Assembly (NCBI RefSeq): GCF_964019745.1
Contig: NZ_OZ026462.1
Location: 150,001-182,000, forward strand
Direction: 5' to 3'
DNA length: 32,000 nt
Source of the DNA: Candidatus Saccharimonadota bacterium
GTDB lineage: Bacteria > Pseudomonadota > Gammaproteobacteria > Burkholderiales > Burkholderiaceae
Part shown: positions 1 to 9,100 of the stretch, piece after piece
Layout: the number at the start of each line of letters is the position of its first letter
How positions within the stretch are numbered: position 1 is the first letter of the stretch
Program-made: the position numbers and the translations under genes
Notes under the pieces: model-generated
The model's database searches: none
Told to the model about the DNA's origin: nothing
Seen by the model: only the letters and a program-made list of their open reading frames with translations

Positions 1-286
1 TAACAATTCCTCCAAACATAATAAAATTGTTAATAGATTTTAAATTAGCAAAAATTTTATCTTTTTCTTCTTGTTTAAAGTTATTTAATAATATTTCTAT
101 GTTTATATTTGTTATTTTATTTATAATAATTCCTAATGCTCCATCTTTATCATGTTTATATATATAAATAACAGCATCATTAAAAATATGATCTTCCATA
201 AAAGGCATAGATACTAAAAAAAAATTATTTAATTTTGATTTATAATTTAATATTATTTTTTTATTAGAGTTTTTTTTTTTATTCAT
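1..286 (-). CDS. yqgE: YqgE/AlgH (UPF0301) family protein, N-terminal part; gene runs off the window start
   Basis: Hand translation of the minus strand from the ATG at 286..284 gives MNKKKNSNKKIILNYKSKLNNFFLVSMPFMEDHIFNDAVIYIYKHDKDGALGIIINKITN...FIMFGGIV. This aligns with E. coli YqgE '[37 protein letters not shown]...PVMLGGPL'. It is absent from the ORF track because it is truncated by the window edge. Confidence 0.6.
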   Translation of the reverse strand, partial: MNKKKNSNKKIILNYKSKLNNFFLVSMPFMEDHIFNDAVIYIYKHDKDGALGIIINKITNINIEILLNNFKQEEKDKIFANLKSINNFIMFGGIV

Positions 287-304
287 AAATTTATTTATTA
301 AAAT

Positions 305-340
305 TATTTTTTATTAAAAATATTTTTTATTAAAAATATT
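305..340. repeat. Direct tandem duplication of the 16-mer TATTTTTTATTAAAAA (2 full copies plus 4 nt) in the divergent yqgE/LOG intergenic region
   Basis: Positions 305..320 and 321..336 are identical, followed by TATT. Confidence 0.6.
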
Positions 341-433
341 ATATATATAATATATATTATATATATTTATAAAAGGTAAATTAATATAAATTGTATAAAT
401 AGTATTTTATAAAAATTATTAAATATTTTTAAT

Positions 434-1093
434 ATGTTTAAATTATTAATTAATAATTTTTTTAAAAAATATGTAAATGATATTTACTATTTAATAAATT
501 TAATTTTAGATTTTTTAAAATCTAAATTTAACTTATTAAATTTAAAATTTGTTATATCTATTTTTGGATCTTCTAGAATTAAAAAAAATAATTTATATTA
601 TCTTACATGTTTAAAATTATCAAAATTATTAGTTAATTCTGGTTTTAAAATTTTTACTGGTGGTGGTTTAGGAATTATGGAAGCTGCAAATAAAGGTGCT
701 TTTAATTTAAAAAAAATATCTTCTATAGGTTTAAATTTTGAATTTTTAAATAATATAAAAAATAATTTTCAAAATATGTCTATAGATTATAATTTTTTAT
801 TTATGAGAAAAAATTCTTTTTATAAATATTCAAAAGCTTATATTATTTTTCCAGGAGGATTAGGAACTATAGATGAATTTACAGAAATTTTAAATTTATT
901 ACAAATGAATATGATACGTAAAGTTCCTGTTATTTTAGTTGGTAGTAGTTTTTGGTCTGGATTTATAGATTGGATGAATAATATAATGATTAAAAATAAT
1001 TTTATAAATACTAAAGATTTAAAATTATTTAAAATAATTGATGAACCTATTAAGATTTTAAATTTTATTAAAAATTTTTATAAAAAAAAATAA
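434..1093 (+). CDS. LOG / TIGR00730-family Rossmann-fold protein (nucleotide 5'-monophosphate nucleosidase, 'lysine decarboxylase-like')
   Basis: Carries the family motifs 'FTGGGLGIMEAANKGA' (GGGxGxM) and 'IIFPGGLGTIDEFTEIL' (PGGxGTxxE). Length of 219 aa is typical of the short LOG-type proteins. Confidence 0.75.
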   Translation: MFKLLINNFFKKYVNDIYYLINLILDFLKSKFNLLNLKFVISIFGSSRIKKNNLYYLTCLKLSKLLVNSGFKIFTGGGLGIMEAANKGAFNLKKISSIGLNFEFLNNIKNNFQNMSIDYNFLFMRKNSFYKYSKAYIIFPGGLGTIDEFTEILNLLQMNMIRKVPVILVGSSFWSGFIDWMNNIMIKNNFINTKDLKLFKIIDEPIKILNFIKNFYKKK

Positions 1094-1097
1094 TTTT

Positions 1098-1170
1098 TGG
1101 GCTGTGTGGGATTTGAACCCACGACAAACGGATTAAAAGTCCGCTGCTCTACCAACTGAGCTAACAACCC
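1098..1170 (-). tRNA. tRNA-Lys (anticodon UUU)
   Basis: The reverse complement folds as a canonical cloverleaf: GGGTTGT/TA/GCTC-AGTTGGTA-GAGC/A/GCGGA-CTTTTAA-TCCGT/TTGTC/GTGGG-TTCAAAT-CCCAC/ACAGCCC/A. It is 73 nt and has no encoded CCA. Confidence 0.93.
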
Positions 1171-1174
1171 TTTT

Positions 1175-1291
1175 TATATATATTATATATATTATATATA
1201 TTATATATATTATATATATTATATATATTATATATATTATATATATTATATATATTATATATATTATATATATTATATATATTATATATAT
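1175..1291. repeat. Perfect tandem repeat (TATATATAT)x13, 117 bp
   Basis: The TT dinucleotide recurs exactly every 9 nt from 1175 to 1291 with no substitutions. It lies between tRNA-Lys (minus) and glyA (plus). Confidence 0.9.
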
Positions 1292-1376
1292 AAACTTTTT
1301 TATATTATAATATATATATTATATATATAATTTATATTTATAACAATTATTTTTAAAAGAAATAAATTTAAAATAT

Positions 1377-2612
1377 ATGATAAAAAAAAAAATTAAATAT
1401 ATAGATCCTAAAATTTGGCAATTAATAAAAAAAGAAGAAAAAAGACAAGAAGAAAATATTGAATTAATTGCTTCAGAAAATTATATTTCTCAAGCTTCTA
1501 TGTATGCACAAGGTAGTAAATTAACTAATAAATATGCTGAAGGTTACCCAAATAAACGTTATTATGCAGGATGTAAATTTGTTGATAAAATTGAAAAATT
1601 AGCAATAAATCGTTTAAAAAAACTTTTTGGTGCTGAATCTGCAAATGTACAACCTCATTCTGGTTCTCAAGCAAATCAAGGAGTTTTTTTTTCTATACTT
1701 AATGCTGGTGATTTAATATTAGGAATGTCTTTAAATTCTGGTGGACATTTAACACATGGTATGAAATTAAATGTATCAGGTAAATTATTTAATGTTATTT
1801 CATATGGATTAGATAAAAATCAAAAAATTGATTATGAATATATAGAAAAAATTGTTTATGAAAAAAAACCTAAATTAATAATTGCTGGTGCTTCATCATA
1901 TTCTTTACATATTGATTTTTCTTTTTTTTCTTATATTGCTAAAAAAAATAAATCTTATCTTTTAGTTGATATGTCACATTATGCTGGATTAGTTGCTGCA
2001 GGATTATATCCAAATCCTATACCATATGCAGATTTTGTTACTTCTACAACACATAAATCTTTAAGAGGTCCTAGAGGTGGTATTATTTTAATGAAATCTA
2101 AATATAAAAAAAAAATTAATTCAGCAATTTTCCCAGGTATTCAAGGTGGGCCTTTAATGCATATTATAGCAGCTAAAGCTGTATCTTTTAAAGAAGCATT
2201 ATCTTTAAATTTTATTTTATATCAAAAACAAGTAATTAAAAATTCTATTCTTCTTTCAGAAATTTTAAAAAAACGTAATTTTAAAATTATATCAAAAACT
2301 ACAAAATCTCATTTAATATTAATAGATTTAAAAAATAAAAATATTACTGGTAAAGAAGCTGAAAATATTTTAAGTAGTGTTAATATAATTTGTAATAAAA
2401 ATGTTATTCCTAATGATAAAAAAAATGCCAGAATTACTTCTGGTATAAGATTAGGAACTTTAGCTATAACAACAAGAGGGTTTAAAGAAAAAGAAATTAT
2501 AATAATTGGTAATTTGATTGCTGATGCAATTTTGTTTAGGAAAAATATTTTTTTTTTAAAAAAAATTAAAAAAAAAGTTAAAAATTTAATAAAATTTTTT
2601 CCTATATATTAG
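1377..2612 (+). CDS. glyA: Serine hydroxymethyltransferase
   Basis: 411 aa, full length against E. coli GlyA. Contains 'ELIASENY', 'NKYAEGYPNKRYYAGC', the PLP-lysine region 'VTSTTHKSLRGPRGG', and ends '...FPIY' like '...YPVYA'. Confidence 0.95.
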   Translation: MIKKKIKYIDPKIWQLIKKEEKRQEENIELIASENYISQASMYAQGSKLTNKYAEGYPNKRYYAGCKFVDKIEKLAINRLKKLFGAESANVQPHSGSQANQGVFFSILNAGDLILGMSLNSGGHLTHGMKLNVSGKLFNVISYGLDKNQKIDYEYIEKIVYEKKPKLIIAGASSYSLHIDFSFFSYIAKKNKSYLLVDMSHYAGLVAAGLYPNPIPYADFVTSTTHKSLRGPRGGIILMKSKYKKKINSAIFPGIQGGPLMHIIAAKAVSFKEALSLNFILYQKQVIKNSILLSEILKKRNFKIISKTTKSHLILIDLKNKNITGKEAENILSSVNIICNKNVIPNDKKNARITSGIRLGTLAITTRGFKEKEIIIIGNLIADAILFRKNIFFLKKIKKKVKNLIKFFPIY

Positions 2613-2664
2613 ATATACATTTATATAATTATAAATTTTTAATTTATTATTATTTTTTAAAATT

Positions 2665-3201
2665 ATGAAAAAGTTACATGGTACTACTATTTTATCTGTT
2701 AAATGTGCTAAAAAAGTATCAATGGGTGGTGATGGACAAGTTACTTTAGGTAATATTATAATTAAAAATTCTACTCGTAAAATATATAAGATATATAATA
2801 AAAAAATTTTAGTAGGTTTAGCTGGTAGTACTGCTGATGCATTTACTTTATTAGATTTATTTGAATTTAAAATTAATAAAAATTTAGGAAATTTAATAAA
2901 ATCTTCTGTTGAATTAGCAAAAGATTGGCGTACTAATAATAATCTTAGAAGATTAGAAGCTATGTTATTAGTAGCAGATATAAATAATATATTAATAATT
3001 ACTGGTAATGGTGAAGTTTTACAACCTTCTAATGATATTGGAGCTATTGGTTCTGGAGGAATTTTTGCTCAATCAGCAGCAATTGCTTTAAAAAATAATA
3101 CAAATTTATCGTCTGCAGAAATTGTTAAAAAATCTTTAATTATAGCTAGCGAATTGTGTATTTATACAAATTCTAATTATATTATTAAAACTATAAAATA
3201 A
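2665..3201 (+). CDS. hslV: ATP-dependent protease HslVU, peptidase subunit HslV
   Basis: 'HGTTILSV...[24 protein letters not shown]...[16 protein letters not shown]...[17 protein letters not shown]...GSGG'. The short leader before the catalytic Thr matches betaproteobacterial HslV. Confidence 0.95.
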   Translation: MKKLHGTTILSVKCAKKVSMGGDGQVTLGNIIIKNSTRKIYKIYNKKILVGLAGSTADAFTLLDLFEFKINKNLGNLIKSSVELAKDWRTNNNLRRLEAMLLVADINNILIITGNGEVLQPSNDIGAIGSGGIFAQSAAIALKNNTNLSSAEIVKKSLIIASELCIYTNSNYIIKTIK

Positions 3202-3211
3202 TTTTAAAAAT

Positions 3212-4573
3212 ATGAATATAGTTCCTAAGAAAATGCTTTTAGAGTTAGATAAAAGAGTTATTGGTCAAAAAAATGCTAAAAAAGCTATTGTTATAGCTAT
3301 TTATAATAGGTATTCTAGATTAAAAATTAAAGAACCTTTAAGAAGTGAAATTATTCCTAAAAATGTGTTAATGATTGGTCCTACAGGTGTTGGAAAAACA
3401 GAAATTGCTAGAAATATTGCAAAAATAACAAATTCTCCTTTTATAAAAGTTGAAATCACAAAATATACTGAAGTAGGGTATGTTGGAAAAGATGTAGAAA
3501 GTATTATTAAAGAACTTTTAGAAGTTGGGATAAAACAAGAAAAAGAATTAGAAATAAAAAAAAAAAAAAAAATTGCATTAGATATAGTAGAAGAAAAAAT
3601 AGTAAATCTTTTAATGATTTCAGAAAATTTTAAAATAGATTTTTTTGAAGAGCATGAAAAAAAATTTCTTTTAAAAATTTGTAAAAATACTTTTATTTAT
3701 AATAAAGTAATAAAATTTTTTTTAAAAAAAAAAGTTAGAGAAAAAAAATTTCATGATAAATTTATAAAAATGGAAGTTTTAGAAACCAATGATCAAATGG
3801 AAATTTTATTACCATTTAGTAATAATAACATTGTTAAAGAAATTAAGACTGTATTTTCTAATTTTAAAGATAGTTATGTAAAAAAAGATATTAAAATTAA
3901 AGATATATTTAAATCTTTATTAGATGAAGAAATAAAAAAATTATTAGATTTTAAAAAAATAAATTTAAAAGCTATTGCAAGAGTTGAGCAAAAAGGAATA
4001 GTATTTTTAGATGAAATAGATAAAATTATATCTAAATCATATAATAATATTGATGTTTCTAGATTTGGTGTACAAAGAGATTTATTATCTTTAGTAGAAG
4101 GTACTATAGTAAATACAAAATATGGTACAGTAAAAACTGATTTTATTTTATTTATTGCTTCTGGAGCTTTTCATTTTTCAGAACCTTCTGATTTAATCCC
4201 AGAATTACAAGGTCGTTTTCCTATTAAAGTTAAATTAGAACATTTAACAAGAAAAGATTTTGTAAAAATTTTAACTGTTAAAGAAAATTCTTTAATTAAA
4301 CAGTATAAAGCTATATTAAAAGTTGAAGGTATAAAAGCAAATTTTACTCTTGATGGAATAAAAAAAATAGCTAATATTGCTTTTTTAATAAATGAAAAAA
4401 CTGAAAATATAGGAGCACGTTGTTTATTTACTGTTATGGAGAAATTGTTAGAAAAAATTTTATTTTCTATTTCAAATTTTAAAGAAAAAAATGTATTAAT
4501 TGATAAATTTTTTGTAAAAAAATGTTTAAAAAAATTAATTATTTTTGAAGATTTATCTAAAAATATAATTTAA
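3212..4573 (+). CDS. hslU: ATP-dependent protease HslVU, ATPase subunit HslU
   Basis: 'LDKRVIGQKNAKKAIVIA', Walker A 'GPTGVGKTEIAR', Walker B 'GIVFLDEIDKI', 'GVQRDLLSLVEGT', 'LIPELQGRFPIKVKL'. The I-domain (about 3540-3960) is Lys/Ile-rich and poorly conserved. Confidence 0.95.
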   Translation: MNIVPKKMLLELDKRVIGQKNAKKAIVIAIYNRYSRLKIKEPLRSEIIPKNVLMIGPTGVGKTEIARNIAKITNSPFIKVEITKYTEVGYVGKDVESIIKELLEVGIKQEKELEIKKKKKIALDIVEEKIVNLLMISENFKIDFFEEHEKKFLLKICKNTFIYNKVIKFFLKKKVREKKFHDKFIKMEVLETNDQMEILLPFSNNNIVKEIKTVFSNFKDSYVKKDIKIKDIFKSLLDEEIKKLLDFKKINLKAIARVEQKGIVFLDEIDKIISKSYNNIDVSRFGVQRDLLSLVEGTIVNTKYGTVKTDFILFIASGAFHFSEPSDLIPELQGRFPIKVKLEHLTRKDFVKILTVKENSLIKQYKAILKVEGIKANFTLDGIKKIANIAFLINEKTENIGARCLFTVMEKLLEKILFSISNFKEKNVLIDKFFVKKCLKKLIIFEDLSKNII

Positions 4574-6125
4574 TTTTTAAAAATTTTTAAATAAAATTAT
4601 AGATTTTTTAAAAATTTAATTTTTTTATTAATTTTTTATTTTTATATTATAAATAATTTATAAAAATTTTTAATAAATATATTATGTAATGTTTTTAATA
4701 ATTTCGTTTTTTATTTTTTAAAAATTAATAATAAATTTATAATTAAAAATTATTAAATAATAAATTATTTTTATTTATTAAAAATTTTAATAAAATAAAT
4801 AATTTTTAATATTTATATAATATATATTATTTTTTATTTATTTTATTTATATTTATTTTAATATTTTTAAAATAATTATTAATAATTATAAAAATTTTTT
4901 TTTTAAAAAATAAAAATATTTTAATATTTTAAAATAATAATAAAAATATATAATATTTTTTTATATATATAATATATAAAATTATATTTTTTTTATATGA
5001 AAAAAAAAATAAAAAATTATTATTTTTAATATTTTAAAAAATATTTTTGAAAAAAATTTAAAATAATAATGGATAAATATTATTTTTAAAATATATGAAA
5101 TATAATTTTATATATATAAAATTTAGGTTATTATAATAATAATTTTATTTTTAATTTTTATTATTTTTATTATAATTTTTATTATTTAATAAATAAATTA
5201 TTTAAATAAATATTTAAAATAATTTTAAAAATTAATATTGGAATTAAAAAATTTGTTTTTGATTTATTAAAAAAATTTAATTTAATAAATATTTTTATAA
5301 ATAATTATTTAATTTTTGAAATTTTAAAAATTTTATAAAAATTATAAAGAAAAAATTATTTTTTTTAATATTTCTTATTAAAAAAAATATTTAAACTATT
5401 TTTTGAAATTTTATTTGTTAATAAAATTTTAAATAATTTTTTATTTAATTTATTAATTAAAATTAAAAATAATTAATTAAAAAAATATTTCGTTTAAAAA
5501 ATAAAAATTTTTTAGATAAACTATTAAATTTTAAAAAATATTTTTTAATTTTTAATTATAATTTATTATTTATAAATTATTTAATAAAAGTTTATTTTAA
5601 ATATATAAATTTTATTAAATTTATAATAAATATGTTATATTTTAAAAAAAATATAATTTTTTTTATAAATTATAATTATTTTTTTAAAAAATATTATTTA
5701 AATATTTGTAATAAAAATATATTAATGTGTTAAAAAAAATATTTATGTAATTTTAATTTTTTTAATTTTCAAATTTTAAAAATATTATTATATATATTAA
5801 TTTTATAATTATATTAAATATTATTTTAAAATTTAATTTAAATATTTTAAAATATTATAATTAATTTTAATTTTTATTAAATATTAATAATATAAGTATA
5901 TTATATAAGAAAAAATATAATATATATTATAAATTTTTATTTGATATTAATATTATTAAATAAATAATTTATAAATTTAATATTGGAGAATTTTTAAAAA
6001 TTTTAATTTTTGAAAATAATGTTTATTTATCAAATAAATATAATATATTTGATATAAATAATAATTTTTTTAATATAAATATTATAAATTAATATTTTTT
6101 TTAAAATATTTAAATAATATAAAAT
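4574..6125. other. 1552-bp non-coding spacer of about 97% A+T, with no ORF, no recognisable RNA gene and no recognisable motif
   Basis: There is no ORF of 60 aa or more in any frame. My hand count finds roughly 40-45 G/C bases in 1552 nt. Positions 4707..4998 (292 nt) contain no G or C at all. Confidence 0.8.
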
Positions 6126-6743
6126 ATGAATATATTTTCAATAAAAGAAATTATTGATGATTTTAGAAATGGTAAAATGGTAATAATGATTGATGATAAA
6201 AAAAGAGAAAATGAAGGTGATTTATTTTTAGCTTCTGATTTTGTAACTCATGATGCTATAAATTTTATGATTAAATATGCTAGAGGTTTAGTTTGTTTAA
6301 CTTTAACTTCTAAACATTGTAAACGTTTACATTTACCTATGATGTCAATTTTTAATAATTCTAAATTTAAAACAAATTTTACTGTTTCAATAGAAGCTTC
6401 TACTGGAGTTACTACAGGTATTTCTGTTCCTGATAGAGTAAGAACTATTAAAGTAGCTTCTAATAAAAATGCTATTTTTACTGATATAGTTCAACCAGGT
6501 CATATTTTTCCTTTAAAAGCTGTAAAAGGAGGTGTTTTAAAAAGAGCAGGTCATACAGAAGCTGGATGTGATTTAGCAAAAATAGCTGGTTTAACACCTT
6601 TTTCTGTAATTTGTGAAATTATCAATGATAATGGATATATGGCACGTTTATCTGATTTATTAAAATTTTCAAGTTTTTTTAATATTAAAATAGGTATTAT
6701 ACGTGATTTAATTAAATATATAAAAAATAATAAATATAAATAA
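6126..6743 (+). CDS. ribB: 3,4-dihydroxy-2-butanone-4-phosphate synthase (stand-alone RibB, no GTP cyclohydrolase II domain)
   Basis: 'FRNGKMVIMIDDKKRENEGDLFLASDFVT...INFMIKYARGLVCLTL...TVSIEASTGVTTGISVPDRVRT...PGHIFPL...GGVLKRAGHTEA'. 205 aa. Confidence 0.93.
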   Translation: MNIFSIKEIIDDFRNGKMVIMIDDKKRENEGDLFLASDFVTHDAINFMIKYARGLVCLTLTSKHCKRLHLPMMSIFNNSKFKTNFTVSIEASTGVTTGISVPDRVRTIKVASNKNAIFTDIVQPGHIFPLKAVKGGVLKRAGHTEAGCDLAKIAGLTPFSVICEIINDNGYMARLSDLLKFSSFFNIKIGIIRDLIKYIKNNKYK

Positions 6744-6758
6744 TATTAATTTTTATAT

Positions 6759-7232
6759 ATGAATATAAAAAATAATTTTTTTATAAATGATTATATTTAT
6801 AATAAAAATAATAAAAATTTATGCATTGGTATTGTACAATCTTGTTTTAATTATAAAATAAGTAGTAAATATTTTTTATATTGTTTTAAAACATTAAAAA
6901 AATTTAATATAAAAGAAAAAAATATTTTTTATAAAAAAGTACCTGGGGTATTAGAAATACCATTAATTTTAAAAAAATTAATTAAAAAAAAAAAAATTAA
7001 TTCTTTAATTACTTTAGGAATTATAATAAAAGGTGAAACTTATCATTTTAAATTAATTTCTAATAATTCTTGGCATGCTATTACAAATATTAGTTTAAAA
7101 TATAATATACCAATTATCAATTCTATTTTATCAGTATATAATAAAAAACAAGCTATTTTAAGAATTAAAAAAAATGGTATTTATGCTGCTAAAGCATCTA
7201 TACAAATGGCAAATTTATGTTATTTTTTTTAA
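6759..7232 (+). CDS. ribH: 6,7-dimethyl-8-ribityllumazine synthase
   Basis: 'IGIVQSCFNYKIS...KKVPGVLEIPLILKKL...INSLITLGIIIKGETYHFKLISN...NIPIINSILSV' matches the RibH pattern (RFN..., VPGAFE(I)P, GxxIRGxTxHF). It sits directly downstream of ribB. Confidence 0.88.
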   Translation: MNIKNNFFINDYIYNKNNKNLCIGIVQSCFNYKISSKYFLYCFKTLKKFNIKEKNIFYKKVPGVLEIPLILKKLIKKKKINSLITLGIIIKGETYHFKLISNNSWHAITNISLKYNIPIINSILSVYNKKQAILRIKKNGIYAAKASIQMANLCYFF

Positions 7233-7286
7233 AAATTTAAATAAATTATATTTATTATTATAATTAAAAATAAAATAATTAATTAT

Positions 7287-8207
7287 TTATGATAATAATG
7301 TATTTAAATAATTTATTATTTTAAATTCTTGAATATTTTCAATTTTTTCTCCTGTTGTTATAAAATAAATTGGAATTTTTTGATTTTTAGCTATAGATAT
7401 TATTATCCCTCCTTTTGAACTACTATCAAATTTGGTAATTATTAAACCTGTTATTTTTAATTCTTTATGAAATTTTTTTATTTGTGATAATATATTTTGT
7501 CCATTATTAATATCTAATACTAATAATATTTCATGTGAATGTGTATTTATTTTATTTTCAATAGTTCTTTTAAGTTTTTTTAATTCCTCCATTAAATATT
7601 TTTGATTTGGTAATCTACCTGCAGTATCAATAATAACATTATCAATTTTTTTTGATTTTGCTGATTCTATAGCATTATTTGCTATAGCAGATGGATTACT
7701 AGATTTTTGAAATATTGTTTTTATTTTGTTTAAATCTCCAAAAAATTTTAATTGTTCATAAGCTCCAGCTCTAAATGTATCACAAGATGCTAATAATACA
7801 GTTTGTTTATTATCTAAAATAAATTTTGCAAGTTTTCCAACTACTGAGGTTTTACCTACGCCATTAATTCCTATTATTGTTATAATTAATGGTTTTTTTT
7901 TATTTAAAGAAAATTTTTTTTCTATTGGTGTTAAAATTTTAGTTAATAATTTTTGTAATTCGTTATAAATTTTTTTTTTTTTAGTTATTTTTTTTTTTAA
8001 TTTTGAAATTAAAAAATTAGTTGTTTTTACTCCAGTATCTGAAGATAAAAATGTATTTTTTAATTTTTTTAAAAATATTTTTTTTGTTTCATCTTTTTTA
8101 AAAAAATTTTTTAAATTATTAAAAGTTTTTTTGGTTTTTTTTTTAAATTTTTCTAACCAAGATTTTTTATTTTTATTTTTTAAAGGTTTATTAAAATTTT
8201 TTAACAT
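7287..8207 (-). CDS. ftsY: Signal recognition particle receptor FtsY (short, Lys-rich A domain)
   Basis: NG-domain motifs 'IIGINGVGKTSVVGKLA', 'LLASCDTFRAGAYEQL', 'IIDTAGRL', 'GLIITKFDSSSKGG'. It is divergent from rsmD, as in E. coli. Confidence 0.93.
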   Translation of the reverse strand: MLKNFNKPLKNKNKKSWLEKFKKKTKKTFNNLKNFFKKDETKKIFLKKLKNTFLSSDTGVKTTNFLISKLKKKITKKKKIYNELQKLLTKILTPIEKKFSLNKKKPLIITIIGINGVGKTSVVGKLAKFILDNKQTVLLASCDTFRAGAYEQLKFFGDLNKIKTIFQKSSNPSAIANNAIESAKSKKIDNVIIDTAGRLPNQKYLMEELKKLKRTIENKINTHSHEILLVLDINNGQNILSQIKKFHKELKITGLIITKFDSSSKGGIIISIAKNQKIPIYFITTGEKIENIQEFKIINYLNTLLS

Positions 8208-8336
8208 GTTATTATTATAATTTATTTAATTTTTATAAATTTATATATATATATATATATAAATATTTTTTTTTAAAAAATATTATGTATATTATATATA
8301 TTAATTTATGTAAATAGAAATATATATATTTTATAT

Positions 8337-8972
8337 ATGAAATATTTAAAATTAAAAAAAAAAAAAAAAAATAAAAGAATACGTTTAATTTCAGGAAAAT
8401 GGAAAGGTATTTTATTACCTTCATTAAAAAAAACATTTTTACGTCCAACTTTAACTAGAGTTAAAGGAGTACTTTTTGATTGGATTGATAATTTAATTAA
8501 TAATAATTGGTCTATAATAAATTGTATTGATTTATTTGCTGGTTCTGGTTCTTTAAGTTTTGAAGCTGCTAGTAGAGGTTCAAAAAAAGTTTTTTTAATA
8601 GAAAAAAATAAAAATTTAGTTAATAAATTATTTTTTTTTAAAAAATATTTAAATGCTTCAAATGTTTTTATATTAAAATTTAATTCTTTTTTTTTTTTAA
8701 GAAGATCTATTTTTTATTTAAAAAAAAATAAAATTTATAAAAAATTTAATTTGATTTTTTTAGATCCTCCTTTTTATAAAGATTTTTTACCTAAAATGAT
8801 TTTTTTTTGTTTAAATTTAATAACAAATGATGGTTTTTTATATGTAGAATTAGAACATTCTATTAATGAATTAAAATATTATAAATGTATGTTATATTGG
8901 GAAATAATAAATTTTTCAAAAACTAAAAAAATATATTTTTATATATTAAAAAAAAAAAATATTATTATATAA
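8337..8972 (+). CDS. rsmD: 16S rRNA (guanine966-N2)-methyltransferase RsmD
   Basis: 'IRLISGKWKGILLPS...LRPTLTRVKGVLFDWI...IDLFAGSGSLSFEAASRGS...LDPPF'. The divergent ftsY-rsmD arrangement is conserved. Confidence 0.85.
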   Translation: MKYLKLKKKKKNKRIRLISGKWKGILLPSLKKTFLRPTLTRVKGVLFDWIDNLINNNWSIINCIDLFAGSGSLSFEAASRGSKKVFLIEKNKNLVNKLFFFKKYLNASNVFILKFNSFFFLRRSIFYLKKNKIYKKFNLIFLDPPFYKDFLPKMIFFCLNLITNDGFLYVELEHSINELKYYKCMLYWEIINFSKTKKIYFYILKKKNIII

Positions 8973-9100
8973 AATATATATTATATATTGTAATATATAA
9001 TATATAATATATAATATATTATATAATAGATTATTTTTATATTTTTAAAAAAATTATGATTTATAATTATTTTTTTTTATAATTAAGTATATATTAAATA

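Noticed and set aside
1175-1291. Whether the regular repeat array could be a CRISPR array
   Set aside because: The units are 9 nt, directly abutting with no spacers, and made only of A/T. There are no cas genes in the window. It is a simple tandem (micro/minisatellite) repeat.
4574-6125. Hidden protein gene, rRNA/ncRNA or prophage remnant in the large spacer
   Set aside because: Stop codons occur every few codons in all six frames. About 3% G+C cannot support stable RNA helices like those of the five tRNAs here. No inverted terminal repeats or integrase-like fragments are visible.

The motif TAATATTGGA occurs twice (about 5233 and 5988), but two short matches in low-complexity DNA are not enough to claim a repeat element.
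8233-8448. A 71-aa ORF on the minus strand spanning the ftsY-rsmD spacer and the rsmD 5' end
   Set aside because: The product is a low-complexity Phe/Ile/Tyr/Lys string generated by A/T-rich DNA. It overlaps the well-supported rsmD start and has no recognisable motif.
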